Below are positions 61,769 through 64,000 of a stretch of DNA of 64,000 nucleotides, piece after piece. The stretch is from Ptychomitrium polyphyllum (Eukaryota): NCBI GenBank assembly GCA_973851085.1, contig OZ316775.1, positions 12,710,001 to 12,774,000 on the forward strand. The letters are read 5' to 3'. The position numbers were made by a program, and so were the translations under genes. The notes below the pieces were generated by a model. That model did not search any database. It saw nothing but the letters and a program-made list of their open reading frames with translations, and was not told the DNA's origin. Numbering within the stretch: position 1 is the first letter of the stretch; each line of letters begins with the position of its first letter.

Positions 61769-62189
61769 TCAGTTTTTCTGTTGTGCTTCTCCTTCTCCAC
61801 TAGGCTGTCCGCCAAAAAGACCGAATATCACATAAAATCAGATGAGACTGACTTCTTCCCTCGTACGAAAATGACCGATACAAAATTTAACATGGCTCTT
61901 CTCAATCTAACAGCATTCGTTTCCTGTACTAAGTCTAGAGCCGATTGGCATGCTAAAATTCATTTTACAAACGAAGATAAGAATAGTCAAGCAGACTTTT
62001 TTTATGTACTAAACATGACACACCATGCACAAGTAAAATTCACAAAGTAGAGAGTAAGACCTTGTCTTGAGCATAATGCCACGAGATTCCCCGAGTGATG
62101 TTGAAAACCAAGTTACCTCCAACCCAGAGAGTGGCGAGCCCTAAGCCCGCTGTCACAGTCTTGTATGCGACATCTGCAAATTTTGCCAT
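61769..62189 (-). CDS. Small single-TM protein, 54 aa, COX14-like cytochrome c oxidase assembly factor; coding exons 62061-62189 and 61769-61804
   Basis: Spliced GT-AG translation MAKFADVAYKTVTAGLGLATLWVGGNLVFNITRGISWHYAQDK/PSGEGEAQQKN*. The ADxxYK motif plus TM segment resembles COX14 from memory. Confidence 0.7.
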
Positions 62190-62700
62190 GCCTGCGAACT
62201 GTCCATCATCCAGCCCCCCAAGTACTCAACTTCAGCATGGCATAGTCATGCTAGAACTACAACATAAAGAATAACAATTGCCCTGGATATGTGTGTGAGA
62301 GTGAGAGAGAGGGGGGGAACAAACATTAGAAATTGGGAGAAGCCGTATGCAAGCAGAAAATTCGCAAACGGTCCGAGGGAACGACACAAAATGCTTAGGG
62401 CAGAATCCCTAGAGCAAGCGTTCCTAAGTGCGGTGAAGCAAGAGAGGAGGTTGGGGGGGTAACCCTAAACCCCAGGGGGGTGACGCAGTGCAGTGGAAAA
62501 GAAGAGAAAGGAGGGAGGGGGTGCCTGCAAAGAGCAAGAGTAGCGTGCAAGAGGAAGCGGATGCAGAAAGGTGCGGGTAGAGGATGCGTCGGGGTGGCTG
62601 CACACGCACACGCACACGCAGGGGAAGAAGGCCCAGGGGCAGTGTCGCAGAGCCGCAGCGCCTTCTTAGTTGAGCATGGTCTGGACCCCAGGAACCCCTG

Positions 62701-62750
62701 TGCAGAGCAATGCAGAGCAGAGCAGAGCAGTGCAGTGCAATGCAGTGCAA
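62701..62750. repeat. Pentamer repeat (GCAGA/GCAGT/GCAAT)n
   Basis: About ten degenerate units in a GC-rich putative promoter/leader. Confidence 0.8.
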
Positions 62751-64000
62751 CCCAACCCCGCCTTCTCCACCCTGACCCCGGGCTTCCCACTATTTCTCAC
62801 GCCTCCAGCCCAGCCCTGCCGCGCCCTGCCCCTGCCCTGAACTCTCCTGATTCTATGACAGCACACCTCGTACCATGGATTTACGTTCAAAACTTTTGGA
62901 CTTGTTTAAGCCATTTTGTGGTATGGGTTGGCTTGCCCTTGCTAATCAGCAATTGTGACGGCAAGAAATGTAAGCATTGTCCTAATAAATACGTACAGAC
63001 CCTTTTATAATACCATAAGATAATACGATTGAAGCAATACAATGTGAGGACCTATGTTCGCAGTTCAAATAGTCGTTCTTGCCCCTAATCAGTTTACTCT
63101 GGTGTTAACATAACGCTTTTCGTTAATTTGTTTATGATTATAACAAATCAAATTGATTTTGTGGTGGTTGATTGTTTTGTAGTCTTCTTTTGCAAAATGA
63201 AATAAATAAAGCATAATGTACAATAACAATGCTGTGTTTTTTATGATGAATTTTTTATTAAAGGTTTTGGTATTTCAAACATTTCATGCAATTTTTAAAA
63301 TATATGTGGAAACTCTAATTCTTGCAATAATAACCACTAGTGGTGCAATATTCCATCATAGTCTTTGAATGTTATTTGTTAAAAGTAAGTATATGTTTGT
63401 TTTGAAGAAAAAATCTTTATATTTTCCAAAGTTTCTTTTACAAGCTAATTTGTTATATTGTTCATTGCTACAAATATTGACATGTACATGTAATCTTTTA
63501 ATCTTTCCAATTTACATCCTTTCTATCATCAATTCTAATATAAATTTATTTGACTTGCTCTTACATAAAGAAAGGACTTTCATTGATTAATAAAAAAATA
63601 TAAAAAATTAAGGAATTAAAAGATAAATGTTGGTGTATGGAAGAATTGATTATTCAAATTTCTATTAGTGAATTTGATATATTAGAAAAAAAATGATCAA
63701 TCGTGAATCCTTACAAATTCTCTTACAAAAGGCCTAATTACTTCTTCTATTGCTACTCATCTAGGTTAGAAAGAGGTCCATTTAAATGTTGCAATGTACT
63801 TGGAATCATCATAACAAAGAAATTCTTTAAGGCCTCTTCAAATAAGAAAGAATTTCCAAATATACTTTGAAATTCATTTTTGTTGCAAAAAAAAGCAAAA
63901 ATACATTTATTTTGTGTCTATTGGTGAACTTTAGTAATGTAGGAACATAATTAAAGAACCTTGATCTTTTGGATCTTTAATGTTAATCAAGCTCCTACAA

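Overview
Land-plant nuclear DNA, probably from a bryophyte-type compact genome (inferred, not proven). Bases 1-49,889 are one continuous nest/tandem array of a single young Ty1/copia LTR-retrotransposon family ('family A'). It has 15 LTRs (mostly 428 bp), three copies with an uninterrupted 1346-1347 aa gag-PR-IN-RT-RH ORF, and several truncated or mutated copies. A fragment of a second copia family ('family B') and a 100-N assembly gap also lie in the array. Family A is unusual: its LTRs end 5'-TG...TA-3' (fixed by two perfect 5-bp TSDs), its primer-binding site matches the anticodon half of plant initiator tRNA-Met (half-tRNA priming), and its U3 holds a minisatellite of TTAGGG hexamers and GCC boxes. 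The junctions show two growth modes: repeated integration into its own copies, and head-to-tail amplification with shared LTRs or unequal crossover. The array ends abruptly at an older opposite-strand copy. The last ~14 kb is ordinary genic DNA with a multi-exon RIN2/gp78-like RING-H2+CUE E3 ligase gene and a 54-aa COX14-like gene that the ORF track misses.
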